In this document: piece after piece, positions 37,786-39,401 of the stretch
How the letters are laid out: each line of letters starts with the position of its first letter
How positions within the stretch are numbered: the first letter of the stretch is position 1
Source: an uncultured Muribaculaceae bacterium
Lineage (GTDB): Bacteria > Bacteroidota > Bacteroidia > Bacteroidales > UBA932
Length of the DNA: 39,401 nucleotides
Assembly (NCBI GenBank): GCA_964644125.1
Contig: CAZXVE010000001.1
Location: forward strand, 1-39,401
Reading direction: 5' to 3'
Made by a program: the position numbers and the translations under genes
Notes under the pieces: model-generated
What the model saw: the letters and a program-made list of their open reading frames with translations, nothing else
What the model was told of the DNA's origin: nothing
Databases searched by the model: none

Positions 37786-37843
37786 TCCCCGCCTGCGCGG
37801 CCCTCCGCCGCCGTCAATAAAAGGAAAACAGTGGAGGCCCTCC

Positions 37844-37928
37844 GGGGTGTGCGAAGCACACTCCCCTTCCCGAGGAAGGGGATTTAGGGGAAGGGTAACG
37901 TGGACTGATGTTCATGGCAATACCCTTC
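37844..37928 (+). other. Cluster of GC-rich hairpins in the aguB leader (structured RNA or REP-like element)
   Basis: GGGGTGTGC-GAA-GCACACTCC; TCCCCTTCC-CGA-GGAAGGGGA; GAAGGGTA..CGTGGAC-TGAT-GTTCATG..TACCCTTC. Confidence 0.55.
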
Positions 37929-37984
37929 GAACGTGAGATAAGGTATTTTGTCACAGGCACTTTATTACAAGCGAAAGTTGAGTT

Positions 37985-38869
37985 ATGAACATCTTGAAAG
38001 TTGGAATGGTGCAGCAGAGCTGCTCGAAGGACATCAAGGCGAACATCGCCAAACTTACAGAACATATCTGCGAATGTGCCGCCAAAGGAGCGCGGCTGGT
38101 CGTGCTTCAAGAACTTCACAATTCCGTGTACTTCTGCCAGACCGAAGATGCTTCGCTCTGCGACCTGGCGGAAACCATACCCGGACCTTCCACTGAATAT
38201 TTCGGTGAACTTGCCCGCAAACTCGGCATCGTGCTTGTCCTCTCCCTTTTCGAGAAGCGCGCCCCGGGACTTTACCACAATACGGCCGTGGTCATCGAAA
38301 AAGACGGAACGATAGCCGGCAAGTACCGCAAGATGCACATCCCGGATGACCCTTGCTTCTACGAGAAGTTCTACTTCACGCCGGGAGATCTGGGATTCAA
38401 CCCGATAAAGACTTCCGTCGGCACGCTCGGCGTGCTTGTCTGCTGGGACCAGTGGTACCCGGAAGCCGCAAGGCTGATGGCCCTGAACGGTGCGCAGATA
38501 CTCATCTATCCTACTGCCATCGGCGGAGTCGGCACTGACTCGAAGGAAGAACAGCAGACCCAGAGGCAGGCCTGGCAGCTTGTCCAGAGAGGTCATTCTG
38601 TCGCCAACGGTCTTCCTGTCGTCACGGTTAACCGCGTCGGCCACGAGGATGATCCATCCGGGACCACCATCGGCCTTGATTTCTGGGGATATTCATTCGC
38701 CACCGGACCGCAGGGGGAGATTCTCGCGCAGTTCGACACCGTTGAGGAGGGCGTTAAGGTTGTGGACATCGACATCGACCGTACTGAATATGTCCGCCGC
38801 GGCTGGCCGTTCCTGCGCGACCGCCGCATAGATGCCTATTCTCCTGTTCTTAAAAGATACGGGGAATAA
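37985..38869 (+). CDS. aguB: N-carbamoylputrescine amidase (carbon-nitrogen hydrolase)
   Basis: LQELH..YFCQ, KYRKMHIPDDP..YEKFYFTPGD, VCWDQWYPE (E-K-C triad), WPFLRDRR. Confidence 0.9.
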   Translation: MNILKVGMVQQSCSKDIKANIAKLTEHICECAAKGARLVVLQELHNSVYFCQTEDASLCDLAETIPGPSTEYFGELARKLGIVLVLSLFEKRAPGLYHNTAVVIEKDGTIAGKYRKMHIPDDPCFYEKFYFTPGDLGFNPIKTSVGTLGVLVCWDQWYPEAARLMALNGAQILIYPTAIGGVGTDSKEEQQTQRQAWQLVQRGHSVANGLPVVTVNRVGHEDDPSGTTIGLDFWGYSFATGPQGEILAQFDTVEEGVKVVDIDIDRTEYVRRGWPFLRDRRIDAYSPVLKRYGE

Positions 38870-39034
38870 TCCGTCCCGAGGATTGCTTGTCCTTAAGTGA
38901 GCATCATCGTTTCTGTCTTAAGCTGCTGCAATCATAAGAATTAGGTATATTCTTGCGGCATTTGCCGGCAAGAATCATTATTTGTTGGTATGAAAGAATA
39001 TTCTGCATTAGTTGCTGATACGGAATATTCATTC

Positions 39035-39042
39035 TAACTTTG
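39035..39042 (+). promoter_or_regulatory. -7 promoter element for the SusC-like gene
   Basis: TAACTTTG 43 nt upstream of ATG 39086. Confidence 0.6.
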
Positions 39043-39085
39043 TGGAATACGAATTTAACAAAGTTGATTTTTATTCAATATTTTT

Positions 39086-39401
39086 ATGAAGACGGAAAAC
39101 TTCTCCGGGTCAGGGACCCGGCATAGGGTTTTCTTGACTGTTGGAGTTTGTGCCCTGTTGTCCCTCTCCGGGCTGGGCAATGCCGTGTCGGCGCAAGTCA
39201 ATTCCAAGCCGGCCACGTCCGCTGTGAAAGCGAAGATTACTGTGGCCGGAACTGTCAAGGATGCCGATGGTGAGCCGCTGGCCGGCGCCTACATCGTGGT
39301 GAAAGGACTGAAAGAAGGTACATCCACAGATGTTGAAGGAAGGTATACGATCACGTTCGACAAACCGGCCAAAGGCCCGGCGACGCTGGTCTTCTCGTTC
39401 A
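39086..39401 (+). CDS. SusC/RagA-like TonB-dependent receptor, N-terminal part (runs off the window; not in the ORF track)
   Basis: Hand translation: MKTENFSGSGTRHRVFLTVGVCALLSLSGLGNAVSAQ...ITVAGTVKDADGEPLAGAYIVVKGLKEGTSTDVEGRYTI...LVFSF, i.e. signal peptide plus CarboxypepD_reg-like domain. Confidence 0.8.
   Translation, partial: MKTENFSGSGTRHRVFLTVGVCALLSLSGLGNAVSAQVNSKPATSAVKAKITVAGTVKDADGEPLAGAYIVVKGLKEGTSTDVEGRYTITFDKPAKGPATLVFSF

Noticed and set aside
37844..37882. Guanidine-II (mini-ykkC) riboswitch from the twin hairpins
   Set aside because: The loops are GAA and CGA, not ACGR, and the two stems overlap instead of being joined by a linker.
37718..37936. 72-aa Pro-rich ORF as an aguB leader peptide
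   Set aside because: It starts upstream of the predicted promoter and its composition simply reflects the GC-rich hairpins; there is no coding support.
1..39401. CRISPR arrays, cas genes, IS elements, prophage, toxin-antitoxin or restriction systems
   Set aside because: No regularly spaced repeats were seen, and every long ORF is accounted for by another family.

Overview
A 39.4-kb stretch of mostly core chromosome from a Bacteroidales bacterium, judged from the TAnnTTTG -7 promoter boxes, general lack of Shine-Dalgarno sites, a SusC-type gene and DUF4783/DUF5686 genes. In order it holds: the 3' part of tRNA-Arg(CCT); rlmH coupled to a large orphan NtrY-like sensor kinase; DUF4783-DUF5686-lnt; HU, a 29-aa bS22-like ribosomal protein missing from the ORF track, and an RNase E/G gene; lon-ung-coaD and a two-CxxC thioredoxin-like protein; a TSCPD protein; fba; a porin, then pnuC-SGNH esterase-BadF kinase-murQ-recR-mntP; corA; rpsA-rnz-glucosaminidase/LysM-mltG; a lipoprotein serpin; a ProX/YbaK editing protein; aguA; uvrB; a RelA/SpoT protein with a degenerate HD motif; aguB; and the start of a SusC-like gene. 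I found no integrase, transposase, prophage, CRISPR array or defence system. The best leads are a possible MurNAc salvage operon using a PnuC-type transporter, a roughly 195-nt structured leader before aguB, a structured corA leader, sigma-54-type promoters and near-leaderless genes. All calls come from motif recognition by eye; no searches were run.
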